Shown: positions 8,264 through 19,415 of the stretch, one piece after another
How positions within the stretch are numbered: the stretch's first letter is position 1
Layout: every line of letters starts with the position of its first letter
From: Syntrophales bacterium
GTDB taxonomy: Bacteria > Desulfobacterota > Syntrophia > Syntrophales > PHBD01
Length of the DNA: 64,000 bases
Assembly: GCA_963668175.1 (NCBI GenBank)
Contig: OY764159.1
Location: forward strand, 4,480,001 to 4,544,000
Direction of reading: 5' to 3'
The notes under the pieces: model-generated
Databases searched by the model: none
What the model was told of the DNA's origin: nothing
What the model saw: only the letters and a program-made list of their open reading frames with translations
Position numbers and translations under genes: made by a program

Positions 8264-11200
8264 CTATCGGCCGAGTATCACGTCCCCCGTATCGGTGATC
8301 AGTTTCAGCGGCAGTTGGAACAATCTCCTGAAGATATTCAGGACGCCCTCAGCCATGTCTTTGACCGGGACGGCCTGGACGTCCGGGTTGTCCCATTTGC
8401 CTTTGGCCGTAAAATACATTGTTACGAGGCTGTTGGTTTCGTTGGTAAGGATCCATCCTACAACGGGGATATGGCTCACGACCTTATCCACGGTTTGGAG
8501 CGGCTGTACGCCGATCGTCTCCTCCAATTCGCCCCGTACCAAATCCACCTTCCCGATGATGGTGATGTTCATGGCATCGCTCTTGACATAGAGATCGTCG
8601 CTCGCGAGGATACCATCCTTCAGGGTGAAGCGGCCGGTAATCTGACTGTAGGGCATACCGCCGCTGACCATGTCCGGAAGCTGAAACTTAAACAGCTGCG
8701 ATACGTTGAGGATTGAGAATACCTTTGAAAGGACCTGGAACTTATGCAGTGCGCCTTTATCCGCCCGCAGATTGACGGCTCCCGTCACTGTTCGCTTGAT
8801 ATCCGACAAATGGGTCCCGCTTCCTGCAAGGTCGCCTTTTATCGTCATGTCGCCCGTCATTAGCTCCGGGTCTAAACCGACCATCGCCATCGTCTGCCCG
8901 GCGGATATGTTATCGATATTGAAAGCGACCTGATAACGGGGCTCCGAGCGGTCCGTTAAAAAGACGCGGCCGCTCCCGGAAACGTTTCCTCCCAGGGCAT
9001 TGAAACGAAGGGAATCCACATAGAGGGTCTCCTGACGCCAGGAAAGATCGGCGCTGAGTTTATTGTATGGTACGGATTGCAGCTTCCCTTCCAGGGCATG
9101 GATCGTCGCCTTGACGGTCACCTCCGGAGACGTCCCGTTTCTTTTCGATTTCGCCAGGTCGGTAAAGATTTTCAAATCGTCCGTATCAAAGTGGGATGAT
9201 TGCACATGGATATCGTAATGGGGCTTCGGCATGTCCGTGACATGGCCGCTCACGGTCAGGTCCGACCCGTTGACGGTGGCTGCAAGCGATCTTATACGAA
9301 TCCCCCGGTCCGACCAATGAACGTTTCCCTTGAAGTCCTTTATCAAGACAGGACCGGCGGCTCCCTCCAGGCCGATGTCCCTGAGGTCCACGGCTTTCGC
9401 GGACAGGCGCAAATCCAGGGTGGGCTCGGTAAATCCGGAGAGAACGGCCCTGGCTTGAAAAGGCGTGCTGCCGATCTGTCCCCTTATGAGGGAGGTCTCC
9501 AGGTGCTCGTTCTGCAGTTGTACGGTACCGTTCAGGCTGCTGACGGCCTTTATCGCTTCGCCGGGCAGAAAGGAAACATCGGCTAACGTGACGGAACCCT
9601 GCCAACGGATATCGTCCGCAGCCCCGTCTATGCCGTCCAACCGGGCCGATACCCTGACGTTGCCGCTCGGACGCCATTTAGCGATTGCAGGAAATGCCGA
9701 TTCGATATCCTGTATCCTGAAAAGATTGGAATCGAAAGAAACGAAAGCCGCCCGTTTCCCACGGAAAGGATACAGACCGGAAACCTTGATGGATAATGGT
9801 GCAAGTTCATAGGTGCCGTCGACAAGCCTCGCTTCATTATCGTTCATAAGGGATTTAAAGACGACCCGGTTGGGTTGGCCCTGTCTTTTGACAAACGTAT
9901 CGTTATATCTGTAAGAAGCGTCGGTCAGATCCCAGTCGCCCTCCAGTTCATATTGGTCGTATGTTCCTTTTCCCGTCAATCTCAGGACCGATTTTCCGGA
10001 GAAGAATAACTTCTCCGCCCTCTCTTTGCCCAATAGCCACGCAATCTCGCGGGGGCCCGGCGTCATGGTCATCTGGAACGGATATGTCGTTGGCACGGAC
10101 ACGGGATAATCGGTGATCCTCCCGTCCAGCGATAGAGGTGATTCCCCGAAATAACCGGACATCTGGCGGAGATAAAAATCCTTATCCTTGAGTTCCAGTT
10201 CTCCCGATATTTTCGTGAACTTAGGAATCGTCTCGCCGAACGTCATTTGCCCGTTTTTCACACCGGCCCTGATATGGAGGGTTTTGTAATTCTCGTTCGT
10301 GCCCATGTGGGCGATCTGGCTCACCCGTCCCGCCAGCGACCCTTCCAGGAGTTGATAAGTGCCTCCCGTGATGTGCTTCTTAATAAATCCGGCCACGCTT
10401 CCGGGAATGATACCGTAGGGAATGTACGTGATGTAAGACTCCAGGGAAAAGGGGGTTGTCGTCGCCGATGCAGACAGGAACGGATCATTCTTGTCCAAAT
10501 CTTTCATGGCGAAGCGACCCGTAATGTTCATGCCGTCAACCGTCACCCTGATATTTTCAACGGCAATGTCCGAAGGGCTCTTCTTTAATTGGCATGTAAC
10601 TTTAATGTCCTGCGGCTTCAGGACGGCAGGAAAGACGCCCGGATAAGCCAAAACGGCTTTTTGGACGGCAACGGTCCCGGAAATACTGAAGTTGTCGATA
10701 TCGCCTTTCAGATGACTGTCGAGATTGAGCCGACCGGCCATTTTCTCAAAGGGCACACAGGGACGGTAATAAGGCCAGAACTGCTCCAGGGACAATCCCC
10801 GGCACACGAGACCGCCTTCCAGCCTGCTCCTGTACAAAGGAACCGTTGCGGCGGCAATGCCGATCTTTCCATGCAGGGCGATATCTCCCTTGACGTCTCC
10901 CTGAATGACGGCTGTTTCCAGGTCCAGGTGGGATGCTTCTCCCCGTCGCAGATCGCCGATCCGGAAACGGATGCCGTCCAGTACGGTCTTGATCCCCGTC
11001 TGGCTTATCTTTTGGTCGAGAAATTCGATGTGTCCGCCGTTGACCGCCAACCCCCTGATTTCGACGGACCGGGGGGCTTCCTTCTTGCTTCCGATGAGAT
11101 CGCTGATATTGAATTCACCTGACGGATACCGGAGCAGCGTCAGTCTGGGTTTCTCCATAAGAAGCCTCTTGATGACGACCTGTTTCCGGAAGAGCGGCAG

Positions 11201-11497
11201 CAACGCCACCCTTAGTTCCAGCCGGTCCATGGCGGCGAAGGTAGATGAGCCGTCTCTTTCCCGGATTTGTATGCCCCGGAAGGTAAGGACGGGCCCTAAG
11301 GAAAAAGATAAATCGGCACTGTCGTAGGACACGTCGCGGTTGAGCGACGTCTTGAATGCCCGGACGATTTCTTCCTTATGGGTGGCAAGATCGGCCAGGC
11401 CGAGATAAGCGACGACCAGGCCGGCAGCGACAAGCAGAACCGCAAGGATGGATAAGATAATTACGATCTTTTTTCGGCGGGGCTTCATCATCGGCAA
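8264..11497 (-). CDS. AsmA-like (YhdP/AsmA family) envelope protein
   Basis: N-terminal TM anchor, AsmA-type N-terminus (LELRVALLPLFRKQVVIKRLLMEKPRL) and AsmA_2-like C-terminus (VDKVVSHIPVVGWIL...FTAKGKWDNPDV). Start may be the ATG at 11491. Confidence 0.85.
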   Translation of the reverse strand: MPMMKPRRKKIVIILSILAVLLVAAGLVVAYLGLADLATHKEEIVRAFKTSLNRDVSYDSADLSFSLGPVLTFRGIQIRERDGSSTFAAMDRLELRVALLPLFRKQVVIKRLLMEKPRLTLLRYPSGEFNISDLIGSKKEAPRSVEIRGLAVNGGHIEFLDQKISQTGIKTVLDGIRFRIGDLRRGEASHLDLETAVIQGDVKGDIALHGKIGIAAATVPLYRSRLEGGLVCRGLSLEQFWPYYRPCVPFEKMAGRLNLDSHLKGDIDNFSISGTVAVQKAVLAYPGVFPAVLKPQDIKVTCQLKKSPSDIAVENIRVTVDGMNITGRFAMKDLDKNDPFLSASATTTPFSLESYITYIPYGIIPGSVAGFIKKHITGGTYQLLEGSLAGRVSQIAHMGTNENYKTLHIRAGVKNGQMTFGETIPKFTKISGELELKDKDFYLRQMSGYFGESPLSLDGRITDYPVSVPTTYPFQMTMTPGPREIAWLLGKERAEKLFFSGKSVLRLTGKGTYDQYELEGDWDLTDASYRYNDTFVKRQGQPNRVVFKSLMNDNEARLVDGTYELAPLSIKVSGLYPFRGKRAAFVSFDSNLFRIQDIESAFPAIAKWRPSGNVRVSARLDGIDGAADDIRWQGSVTLADVSFLPGEAIKAVSSLNGTVQLQNEHLETSLIRGQIGSTPFQARAVLSGFTEPTLDLRLSAKAVDLRDIGLEGAAGPVLIKDFKGNVHWSDRGIRIRSLAATVNGSDLTVSGHVTDMPKPHYDIHVQSSHFDTDDLKIFTDLAKSKRNGTSPEVTVKATIHALEGKLQSVPYNKLSADLSWRQETLYVDSLRFNALGGNVSGSGRVFLTDRSEPRYQVAFNIDNISAGQTMAMVGLDPELMTGDMTIKGDLAGSGTHLSDIKRTVTGAVNLRADKGALHKFQVLSKVFSILNVSQLFKFQLPDMVSGGMPYSQITGRFTLKDGILASDDLYVKSDAMNITIIGKVDLVRGELEETIGVQPLQTVDKVVSHIPVVGWILTNETNSLVTMYFTAKGKWDNPDVQAVPVKDMAEGVLNIFRRLFQLPLKLITDTGDVILGR

Positions 11498-11803
11498 CCT
11501 ATGGGGACGACGTACAGGTTAAAGACGGGAAGGCATGAATATGACGCCGTACGGGAGCTTCCCGGCCGACCGGGTCCAAAGAAGACGGGAATATTCTTTC
11601 AAATTGACCTGACGGGTCCTCTCAATCCTTAATCCGCATAATCGGAGATCAAAGTTTAATAACGGGCATCTCCCTTTTTGAACACCATTGATCAAATTAG
11701 GTTTTCGACAGCGGGCGACAACGGCAGATTTTCCGTACCTCCATGGATTCACAGGATAGCGCTATAAATCCCTTCGGTCAATACCTTGCGACGCTTGGTT
11801 GCC

Positions 11804-12373
11804 TTAGTCTTTTTGATAGACGGACATTACTTCCGTTCTTGTCAGAACGGAATCCACGCGGTCCACAAGCGCCTGGATGTTTTCCCGGCCGCCCTCTTCG
11901 CGGTCAATGAGGGCAATGACCCTCTCCACGGCCAGCCCCGCCTCGCGTGCTTTTTCTATGGCCGTGATCGTTGATCCCCCCGTCGTGATGACATCGTCGA
12001 TGATGACGACCTTCTCGCCTTTGGCGACATTCCCTTCGACGGCGCTCCTGGTGCCGTGATCCTTCACGTCCTTCCTGACCACGAAAGACTTTATCGGCCT
12101 TCCTCTCTGAAAAGATATGACGGACAGGGCATTGGCGATCGGATCGGCCCCGAGTGTCAGACCGCCGGCGGCGGTGACTTCGGACGAAGCCAGCATGTCG
12201 AAGACAATCTGCCCGATAAGGTTCATGCCCTCGGGATCGAGCGTCGTCGGCTTGCAGTTGAAATAGTAATTGCTGGTCTTCCCTGACGCCAGTGTAAAAG
12301 GCGGATTGTCCCTGTATTTGAACGATTTCTCGATGATGATTTCAGCCAGTCTCTTTTTCAGCGGGTTTTCCAT
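11804..12373 (-). CDS. pyrE: Orotate phosphoribosyltransferase
   Basis: FTLASGKTSNYY, VRKDVKDHG, PRPP motif VIIDDVITTGGS. Confidence 0.95.
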   Translation of the reverse strand: MENPLKKRLAEIIIEKSFKYRDNPPFTLASGKTSNYYFNCKPTTLDPEGMNLIGQIVFDMLASSEVTAAGGLTLGADPIANALSVISFQRGRPIKSFVVRKDVKDHGTRSAVEGNVAKGEKVVIIDDVITTGGSTITAIEKAREAGLAVERVIALIDREEGGRENIQALVDRVDSVLTRTEVMSVYQKD

Positions 12374-12388
12374 GCTTTCCCTCCCGTT

Positions 12389-14806
12389 TTAGTTTTTCTT
12401 GATCCTCAACAGCTCTTCAACGACGCGAACGGCCTCCACGCCGTCCTTCGCATAGGCGGCCCCGATGGAATCAGCGAACGACCTTGTCACCACGGCGCCG
12501 CCGACGATGAAGCGGCAGCCCGGCAATTCTTTTCCGGCAAGGGCGACGATATCCTTCATGTTGACCATGGTGGTCGTCATCAGGGCGGAGAGGCCAATGA
12601 TATCCGGATGCAACTTGCCGGCGGCATGAACGATATCCTCATTCGGCACGTCCTTACCGAGATCAATGACGCGGTAACCGTGATTCCTGAGTATCAGGGC
12701 GACGATATTCTTGCCGATGTCGTGGATGTCCCCTTTGACCGTCGCCAGCATGATGACGCCCTTGTCGGCTGCCTGGGCATTCTCTTTCTGCAGAAACGGA
12801 TCGAGATAAGATATGCCTTTCTTCATCGCCTCTGCGCTGGCAATGAGCTGAGGCAGGAAATACTCTTTTCTCTCATAGAATTCACCGACCCGGACAATGG
12901 CCGGAATCATGAATGCATCGACGAGGCGCGAAGGTTCGATCCCCCCGTTCATTGCCGTTTTTATAAAATCCGTGATCTCTTCCCGGTTTCCTTCCAGGAT
13001 GGCCGTGTGGACCTTCTGTTCCGGACTTCGGTTTTCGACATCCTCAGGCGGAAGGGACGGTTTCTTGAAATTCGTGATATAGGCGGCTGCGTCCTTATCG
13101 CGCAACTGGAGGACGTCCCCTGCCCGTTTGACATGCATGAACTCGTCGCTCTCGGGATTGGCTATGGCCATCGTCAACCCCGCCGACTGCGCCATGGCGA
13201 GGAAAGCCGCATTCATCCACTTTCTTTCCGGCATGCCGAAAGAGACATTGGAAAGGCCCAAAACAGTCCTGACCTTGAAGTTCGCCCGGCACCAGGCGAC
13301 AACGTCCAGAGTTTCGCGGGCGGCCTGCGGATTCGAGGCCACCGTCATCGTCAATCCGTCCACGACGATGTCGTCCTTAACGAATCCCAAACGACGCGCT
13401 TCGCGGTATATCATCTTGATGACCTTGATGCGTTTGGCAGCCGTTTCCGGTATTTCCCCCTCCGTCAGGGGCAGAAGAACAAACATCGCCCCGTATTTGG
13501 CCGCGATCGGCAGCAGCTTCGTCAGTTTTTCCTTCTCCCCGGAAATGGAATTGATCAGGGCCCGGCCGGCATAAATCCGCAAGGCAGCCTCGATCGTTTC
13601 TATCTTCGCCGAATCGATCACCAGGGGCGCCGATGCCGTGGTCATTAAAACGTGCAGAACGTTCCTGATGGCCTTGATTTCATCCAGGCCCGGGACGCCG
13701 ACGTTCACATCGAGCAGGTCGGCCCCCTTCTTTTCCTGCTCCTTGGCCATTTGCCGGACGATGGCGGTCTTCCCCTCCAGCAGTTCCTGCTGCAGCGCCT
13801 TCTTGCCCGTCGGGTTGAGCCTCTCGCCTATGACATACAGCGGTTTGCTCTCGTCGAAAACAACATGACTCCGCGGCGAACTGACGGCGCTCAAAGATTT
13901 CACCCATGGAGGCATTGGAACACCATCTTCCAAATTCCGGCGCAACGCCGAGATATGGTCCGGAGATGTGCCGCAGCAGCCGCCCATCAGGTTTACACCG
14001 CCTGCAGCGAACCGCGGTCCAAAGGACGCGAACGTCGCCGCATCCATGTCGAAAATCGCCTTATTATCCACAAGCCTGGGAAGACCGGCATTGGGCTTGG
14101 CCACGAGCGGCACTTTCGCGTACGGTTTCATGGCGGAGATGAGATCGATCATCCCGTCCGGTCCCATCGAACAGTTGCAGCCGACCGCGTCGGCCCCAAG
14201 GCTCTGCAGCGTTATCAGGGCGGCCACCGGATCGGTGCCGTTAAGCGTACGGCCGTCTTTCTCGAAGGTCATCGTGACCATCGTAAAGATACGGCCCAGT
14301 TCTTTGACGGCGATGAGGGCGGCCCGGGCTTCCTGGATATCGATCATCGTTTCGATGACGATAAGGTCCGCGCCCCCCTGGATGAGACCTGAGGCCTGCT
14401 CCTTGAAGGCGGCAACCGCCTCTTCAAACCCGAGATCTCCAAAGGGTTCGATAAAACGCCCCGTAGGTCCCATATCCCCCGCGATAAGCGCTTTCTTTCC
14501 CGCCGCTCGCTTCGCCAGCGCCGCCAGCTCGCGGTTAATCTCCAGGATATTTTCCGCGCCGTACTCGGCGAGCTTTAGACGGTTGGCCCCAAATGTACAG
14601 GTATAGATGATATCGGCGCCGGCATCCAGATAAGAGCTGTGAATATCCGCCAGCACGGCCGGGTTTTCGAGACTCCACAACTCCAGACTTGCTCCCGGCG
14701 GCATTCCCCGCTTATACAGTTCCGTACCGGTCGCCCCATCCAGGATAGCGATCTTTTTCTGCAGCAAACGATTGATATTCGATCTTCTCAAAACAGTGTC
14801 CTTCAT
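12389..14806 (-). CDS. metH: Cobalamin-dependent methionine synthase, Hcy-, pterin- and B12-binding domains (no activation domain)
   Basis: LDGATGTEL, Zn ligands GCNCS and GGCCGT, IGERLNPTGKK, GLSNVSFG, B12 motif GDIHDIGKNIV...LSALMTTT. Confidence 0.92.
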   Translation of the reverse strand: MKDTVLRRSNINRLLQKKIAILDGATGTELYKRGMPPGASLELWSLENPAVLADIHSSYLDAGADIIYTCTFGANRLKLAEYGAENILEINRELAALAKRAAGKKALIAGDMGPTGRFIEPFGDLGFEEAVAAFKEQASGLIQGGADLIVIETMIDIQEARAALIAVKELGRIFTMVTMTFEKDGRTLNGTDPVAALITLQSLGADAVGCNCSMGPDGMIDLISAMKPYAKVPLVAKPNAGLPRLVDNKAIFDMDAATFASFGPRFAAGGVNLMGGCCGTSPDHISALRRNLEDGVPMPPWVKSLSAVSSPRSHVVFDESKPLYVIGERLNPTGKKALQQELLEGKTAIVRQMAKEQEKKGADLLDVNVGVPGLDEIKAIRNVLHVLMTTASAPLVIDSAKIETIEAALRIYAGRALINSISGEKEKLTKLLPIAAKYGAMFVLLPLTEGEIPETAAKRIKVIKMIYREARRLGFVKDDIVVDGLTMTVASNPQAARETLDVVAWCRANFKVRTVLGLSNVSFGMPERKWMNAAFLAMAQSAGLTMAIANPESDEFMHVKRAGDVLQLRDKDAAAYITNFKKPSLPPEDVENRSPEQKVHTAILEGNREEITDFIKTAMNGGIEPSRLVDAFMIPAIVRVGEFYERKEYFLPQLIASAEAMKKGISYLDPFLQKENAQAADKGVIMLATVKGDIHDIGKNIVALILRNHGYRVIDLGKDVPNEDIVHAAGKLHPDIIGLSALMTTTMVNMKDIVALAGKELPGCRFIVGGAVVTRSFADSIGAAYAKDGVEAVRVVEELLRIKKN

Positions 14807-14874
14807 GCGTGAATCGGTTACGATGCCTCGAAAAAGTTTTTTCTGCCTCGCATCACAACTCTGATCCGGTTTCT

Positions 14875-15498
14875 CTACGACATGACGCCCGTCACCGCCG
14901 TGACCGATTTCTCGGGAACGAGGATACAGCTTTCCGTCAGTTCCACGCCGATCCGTTCCATCTCCAGAAGCCCGTACATGATCCGCTGATTCTCCAGGAG
15001 CAAGTCGCCGTAGCCGGCCGAAAAGCGCTTCTTCATGAGCGCCCTGCCTTCCCTAAGCAGGTGCCTGCTAAAATAATCCATCATCCAGTCCAGGGCATGA
15101 TCCACGATTTCACTTGCGGCCGCGTCCAGGACGATCCCCCGGGTCATGCGATCCCCGGCGGCATCCTCCCGGATGGCCTCCATGATCTCGGGTCCCGCCG
15201 TACATCCCATGAGGACAATTTCCGTTGATCCCGCAAGAAAATCGGCCAGGTTCCTACTTGAAAGGACCAGATCCTGCGGAAGATAAATCCTCGCATCCCG
15301 GATGTCACGAATCTTCAGCCGTCTCGCCACGCCCTGCAAACGTATCAGCGAAGAGGCATCGTCGATGTAGGCCTCGATCTCCTCCTTCCGGATCTGGGAC
15401 AGTTTTGTCATGTCCTTCCGGAAACCCAGGCGTTTGTATATCTGCGGGCGCGGTATGTCAATCGAGATGTGATGAAATAATATTACGGAGGAGGTCAT
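14875..15498 (-). CDS. Stand-alone methionine synthase activation (SAM-binding) domain
   Basis: LDAAASE, RFSAGYGD, IGVELTESCILVPEKSVTAVTG; directly upstream of the truncated metH. Confidence 0.88.
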   Translation of the reverse strand: MTSSVILFHHISIDIPRPQIYKRLGFRKDMTKLSQIRKEEIEAYIDDASSLIRLQGVARRLKIRDIRDARIYLPQDLVLSSRNLADFLAGSTEIVLMGCTAGPEIMEAIREDAAGDRMTRGIVLDAAASEIVDHALDWMMDYFSRHLLREGRALMKKRFSAGYGDLLLENQRIMYGLLEMERIGVELTESCILVPEKSVTAVTGVMS

Positions 15499-15507
15499 GG
15501 GGTATGA

Positions 15508-16608
15508 TTACGCCGCCTTTGAGATGATCGCCTGTATCTTCTCGATGACCGCATCGCCCATTTCGCGCGTACCCAGGAGAATTGTTCCTTCTTCGTAGAT
15601 ATCCCTGGTCCGGAACCTTTCCCCGAGTACGCCCCGGACGGCGTCTTCGATGATTGCGCCGTATCCGGGCATATTCAGCGAATTTCTGAACATCATGGCC
15701 ACCGACAATATCGTGGCCAGTGGATTGGCTATGTTTTTGCCGGCGATATCCGGCGCCGACCCGTGAATCGGTTCGTACATGGCGGACTTCCGGCCCAGGC
15801 TGGCCGAGGGAAGCATGCCTATCGAACCGGTCAGCATGGAGGCCTCGTCGCTCAGGATATCCCCGAACATGTTGCCCGTTACGATGACGTCGAACTGCCC
15901 CGGATCGCGGATGAGCTGCATGGCGCAATTGTCCACGTACATGTGGTGAAGTTCCACATCGGGATAGTCTCGGCCCACTTCCGTAACCACGTCCCGCCAC
16001 ATTTGCGTACATTCGAGGACGTTGGCCTTGTCGACGGACATGACTTTTTTTCGCCGCAGCCTCGCCAGCTCGAACGCAATCCGGGCAATACGCTCGACTT
16101 CGTCCTCGCTGTAGATCATCGTATTGACACCGATGCGCCGCCCATCTTCCAAGCGGACGCCCCTCGGGGTTCCGAAATAGAGATCCCCCGTCAGTTCCCG
16201 GACGATCATGATGTCGATGCCGCTGATGATGTCCCGCTTGAGGGGCGAGGCGTCGATGAGATCGTCGAAGACGATGACCGGCCGCAGATTTGCAAAGAGT
16301 CCCATCTTTTCCCTGAGCCCCAGGAGGGCCCTTTCCGGCCTGAGCTGATATTCAAGCCCCTCCCAGGCCGGTCCGCCGACGGCCCCCAGAAGGACGGCAT
16401 CGCTGTTGAGCGCCATTTCCAGGCTCTCTTCGGGAAGGGGTTTTCCATGCACGTCATAGGCGGCGCCTCCGACAAGGCCCTCGCGAACGTCAAATCTGAC
16501 GCCGGCCGCCGTCTCGACGAGTTCGAGAACCCTCACGGCCTCCCGCATCACTTCCTGTCCGATCCCGTCGCCGGGAAACACGGCTATTTTAAAAATTTTC
16601 TTTTCCAT
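15508..16608 (-). CDS. leuB: 3-isopropylmalate dehydrogenase
   Basis: [51 protein letters not shown]. Confidence 0.97.
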   Translation of the reverse strand: MEKKIFKIAVFPGDGIGQEVMREAVRVLELVETAAGVRFDVREGLVGGAAYDVHGKPLPEESLEMALNSDAVLLGAVGGPAWEGLEYQLRPERALLGLREKMGLFANLRPVIVFDDLIDASPLKRDIISGIDIMIVRELTGDLYFGTPRGVRLEDGRRIGVNTMIYSEDEVERIARIAFELARLRRKKVMSVDKANVLECTQMWRDVVTEVGRDYPDVELHHMYVDNCAMQLIRDPGQFDVIVTGNMFGDILSDEASMLTGSIGMLPSASLGRKSAMYEPIHGSAPDIAGKNIANPLATILSVAMMFRNSLNMPGYGAIIEDAVRGVLGERFRTRDIYEEGTILLGTREMGDAVIEKIQAIISKAA

Positions 16609-17092
16609 ATCCCATCTTGATGACATGTTTAATTAGACCGCCGTCGACTACGAGTTTTTGCATGAATTCCGGGACTACCTGGATCTGCAGCGTCTCTCCA
16701 CCTTCTATCCTGATCGTTCCCGCGCTGCCGTCAATCTCGATGAACTGACCGTCTTGCACTTTGTCCCACAAATCTACCGATTCGAAGATCGGAAGCCCCA
16801 TATTGAACGCATTGCGATAAAAGATGCGGGCAAAACTCTTCGCCACCACCGAAGCGATACCGGCGGCCTTGATCGCGATCGGGGCATGTTCCCGGGAAGA
16901 CCCGCACCCGAAATTATCGCCGGCGACGATGATGTCTCCGGCCGCGATTTTGCCTATGAACCCCGGATCGGCGTCTTCCATGCAGTGCGCAGCCAGAAAG
17001 GCCGGATCGGAAGAGTTGATGTATCTCGCCGGAATGATGGCGTCCGTATCGATATTGTTGCCGAATTTCCATGCCCTGCCCACAAACTTCAT
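16589..17092 (-). CDS. leuD: 3-isopropylmalate dehydratase small subunit
   Basis: Start [50 protein letters not shown]. The ORF-track 5' extension overlaps leuC and is spurious. Confidence 0.94.
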   Translation of the reverse strand: MKFVGRAWKFGNNIDTDAIIPARYINSSDPAFLAAHCMEDADPGFIGKIAAGDIIVAGDNFGCGSSREHAPIAIKAAGIASVVAKSFARIFYRNAFNMGLPIFESVDLWDKVQDGQFIEIDGSAGTIRIEGGETLQIQVVPEFMQKLVVDGGLIKHVIKMGYGKENF

Positions 17093-17175
17093 GAGGAAAC
17101 GCCCCCTTTGTGCCGCCGGCTGCTTTCTTCTGTGCAATACCGGCCGGAAATATTCAAAAGTTATCTTCTGTTTTC

Positions 17176-18435
17176 CTAAAGCGCGTCCGGACCGGCAATC
17201 CTGCCCAGAACGGCCGATGCGGCGGCGACGGCCGGATTGGCCAAATAGACTTCGCTTCCGGGATGACCCATCCTGCCGACAAAGTTTCTGTTGGTGGTTG
17301 CCAAGGCCCGTTCGCCCTCGGCTAGGATCCCCATATGCCCGCCGAGACAGGCCCCGCAGGTGGGCGGACTGATGACAGCCCGGGCATCTAGAAAGATATC
17401 GAAAAGACCCTCGGCCATGGCCGCGCGGTATACTTCCGGAGTGGCGGGAACTACGAGCAGGCGGACGCTGCGGGCCGCTTTGCGGTTCTTCAATATGTCT
17501 GCGGCAATCCTCAGGTCTTCTATACGGCCGTTCGTGCATGACCCGATGTAAACCTGATCCACCTTGATGTTATCGATGGCGCTGATGCCCCGCGTATTGG
17601 AAGGCAGATGGGGAAAGGCCACCTGGGGTTCGATCGCGGTGACATCGATTTCGATGGTCCTGCTGTATACGGCATCCGGGTCGGAGGCATAGAACTCATA
17701 CTCCCGGCGGGCACGCCCCTGTACGTAGGAACGCGTGATCTCGTCCGGCGTAAAAATGCCGTTCTTGCCACCTGCCTCGATCGCCATGTTGGCCATCGTC
17801 ATGCGGTCGGCCATCGGCAGCTTTTCAATCGTATTCCCCGTGAACTCCATGGCCTTATAGAGCGCGCCGTCCACGCCGATCATGCCTATAAGATATAGAA
17901 TCAGGTCTTTGCCGTACACCCACCGGTTCAGGGAGCCGTTGAAGACGATCTTCATCGTCTCCGGTACCTTGAACCATAACTTGCCCGTCAGCATGACGGC
18001 CGCGAGATCCGTGCTGCCGACGCCCGTGGCGAACGCCCCTAGCGCCCCGTAGGTACATGTATGGCTGTCGGCGCCGATCACCAGATCTCCCGGGACGACG
18101 ATGCCCTGCTCGGGAAGAAGCGCGTGCTCCACGCCGCATTCCGCCCCTTCGTAATAGTGGACCAATCCCTGCTCATGCGCAAATTCCCGGAGCAACTTGC
18201 TCTGCTGGGCGGAACTGATGTCTTTATTCGGGGTAAAATGATCGGGAATCAACACCACCCGCTCACGGTCAAAGACCTTTCTGCCTCCGGCTTTTCTGAA
18301 CTCCGCAATCGCGATAGGCGCCGTCACATCGTTTCCCAAGGCGATGTCAATATCTGCATTGATGAGCATGCCGGGCTTAACTTCCGCGAGGCCCGCATGC
18401 CGGCAAAGGATCTTCTCCGTAATCGTCATTCCCAT
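17176..18435 (-). CDS. leuC: 3-isopropylmalate dehydratase large subunit (short LeuC/HacA type)
   Basis: [36 protein letters not shown]. Confidence 0.95.
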   Translation of the reverse strand: MGMTITEKILCRHAGLAEVKPGMLINADIDIALGNDVTAPIAIAEFRKAGGRKVFDRERVVLIPDHFTPNKDISSAQQSKLLREFAHEQGLVHYYEGAECGVEHALLPEQGIVVPGDLVIGADSHTCTYGALGAFATGVGSTDLAAVMLTGKLWFKVPETMKIVFNGSLNRWVYGKDLILYLIGMIGVDGALYKAMEFTGNTIEKLPMADRMTMANMAIEAGGKNGIFTPDEITRSYVQGRARREYEFYASDPDAVYSRTIEIDVTAIEPQVAFPHLPSNTRGISAIDNIKVDQVYIGSCTNGRIEDLRIAADILKNRKAARSVRLLVVPATPEVYRAAMAEGLFDIFLDARAVISPPTCGACLGGHMGILAEGERALATTNRNFVGRMGHPGSEVYLANPAVAAASAVLGRIAGPDAL

Positions 18436-18661
18436 GATTTACCACCCCGGACAAAATTTCCGTAAACCTTTACAACATAATAGGGCATAATTCAACGGCA
18501 AGGTTTAAATTTAAGGTGTAAGGATCGCCGCGAAGACGGTTTAGAGAAGCCTTATCACGCGGGAGATCGGGATAATGGTCCCCGCAAGTTTCGGGGAAAT
18601 GGAATATGACGGGGGTGGGCAGAAGGGATGAAGCTGAACGAACGGTGTATGCCCGCCACAG

Positions 18662-18696
18662 AAAATCACCTGAAAGCGTGCGCGCTTTCAGGTGAT
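18662..18696 (-). terminator. Intrinsic terminator after the ZraP-like gene
   Basis: 14-bp stem ATCACCTGAAAGCG/CGCTTTCAGGTGAT with a short T tract on the minus strand. Confidence 0.75.
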
Positions 18697-18712
18697 CGTA
18701 AGAGGGTTTTGT

Positions 18713-19216
18713 CTACCAGTTGCCTCTGCCGCCCCACCCCGGACCTCTCGGTCCAACGGGGCCGGCGCCGTCACATCCAAATCCCGGACCGAATCCCCTT
18801 CCACGGAAGGCCTGTATCTTATCCTTCTGTTCCGGAGTCAGAAGCTTAAATATCGCCAGCCGGTAGCTGAGCATCTTATCCTGCATCTGGTCCCGCAGAT
18901 CACGAATCTCTTTATGAACGGCCGTTATTCTGTTTTCATCGGGGTTCTTTTGCAGCCAGAGCGACCTCAACTCACCCCGCTTGCTGAACATCTTCTCCTG
19001 AAGCGGCCGGATATCTTTCCATTGGGCCTCTCGCATTTCTCTTATTTTTTCCGTTTGTTCCGCACTCAAATTTAACGCTGCGGCACTGCCGTAATCGCCG
19101 TTATAACAGTAACCGCCTCCTCGCCCCCTTCCGTAACCGCCGTTGAAGGCCAGTGCCGAAGACGAAACGGCGGCAACCAACAGGACGGCCAGTAAAGTTA
19201 TCGATCCTTTTTTCAT
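18713..19216 (-). CDS. Periplasmic Spy/CpxP/ZraP-family protein
   Basis: Signal peptide MKKGSITLLAVLLVAAVSSSALA; two LTxxQ motifs (LSAEQ, LTPEQ); Gly-rich termini; RBS AAGGAG. Confidence 0.88.
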   Translation of the reverse strand: MKKGSITLLAVLLVAAVSSSALAFNGGYGRGRGGGYCYNGDYGSAAALNLSAEQTEKIREMREAQWKDIRPLQEKMFSKRGELRSLWLQKNPDENRITAVHKEIRDLRDQMQDKMLSYRLAIFKLLTPEQKDKIQAFRGRGFGPGFGCDGAGPVGPRGPGWGGRGNW

Positions 19217-19255
19217 GTTTGCTGCTCCTTTCGACATGCTTTTTGCTTGTAATAG

Positions 19256-19271
19256 AGCAACGAGCATGCCA
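19256..19271 (-). promoter_or_regulatory. Sigma54 -24/-12 promoter for the ZraP-like gene
   Basis: Minus strand TGGCATGCTCGTTGCT, near consensus TGGCAC-N5-TTGCW. Confidence 0.88.
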
Positions 19272-19357
19272 GACGCCGACAGACTATGCATCATATTGAT
19301 ATTATTAATATTCATTGCATTCGCCTTCGATAGAAACATAAATCAGCGTGAAATAGA

Positions 19358-19406
19358 TGGTTAGCAAGTATCCAATTATGGTATCCAGATGAATACAAAG
19401 TATCCA
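19358..19406. promoter_or_regulatory. Putative binding sites of the ZraR-like regulator
   Basis: Two imperfect palindromes TGGTTAG-CAA-GTATCCA (19358-19374) and TGAATAC-AAA-GTATCCA (19390-19406), 32 bp apart, plus a third GTATCCA half-site at 19381. Confidence 0.55.
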
Positions 19407-19415
19407 GGCTGACAC

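Noticed and set aside
11519..11752. 77-aa ORF between pyrE and the asmA-like gene
   Set aside because: No RBS or recognisable motif; probably non-coding.
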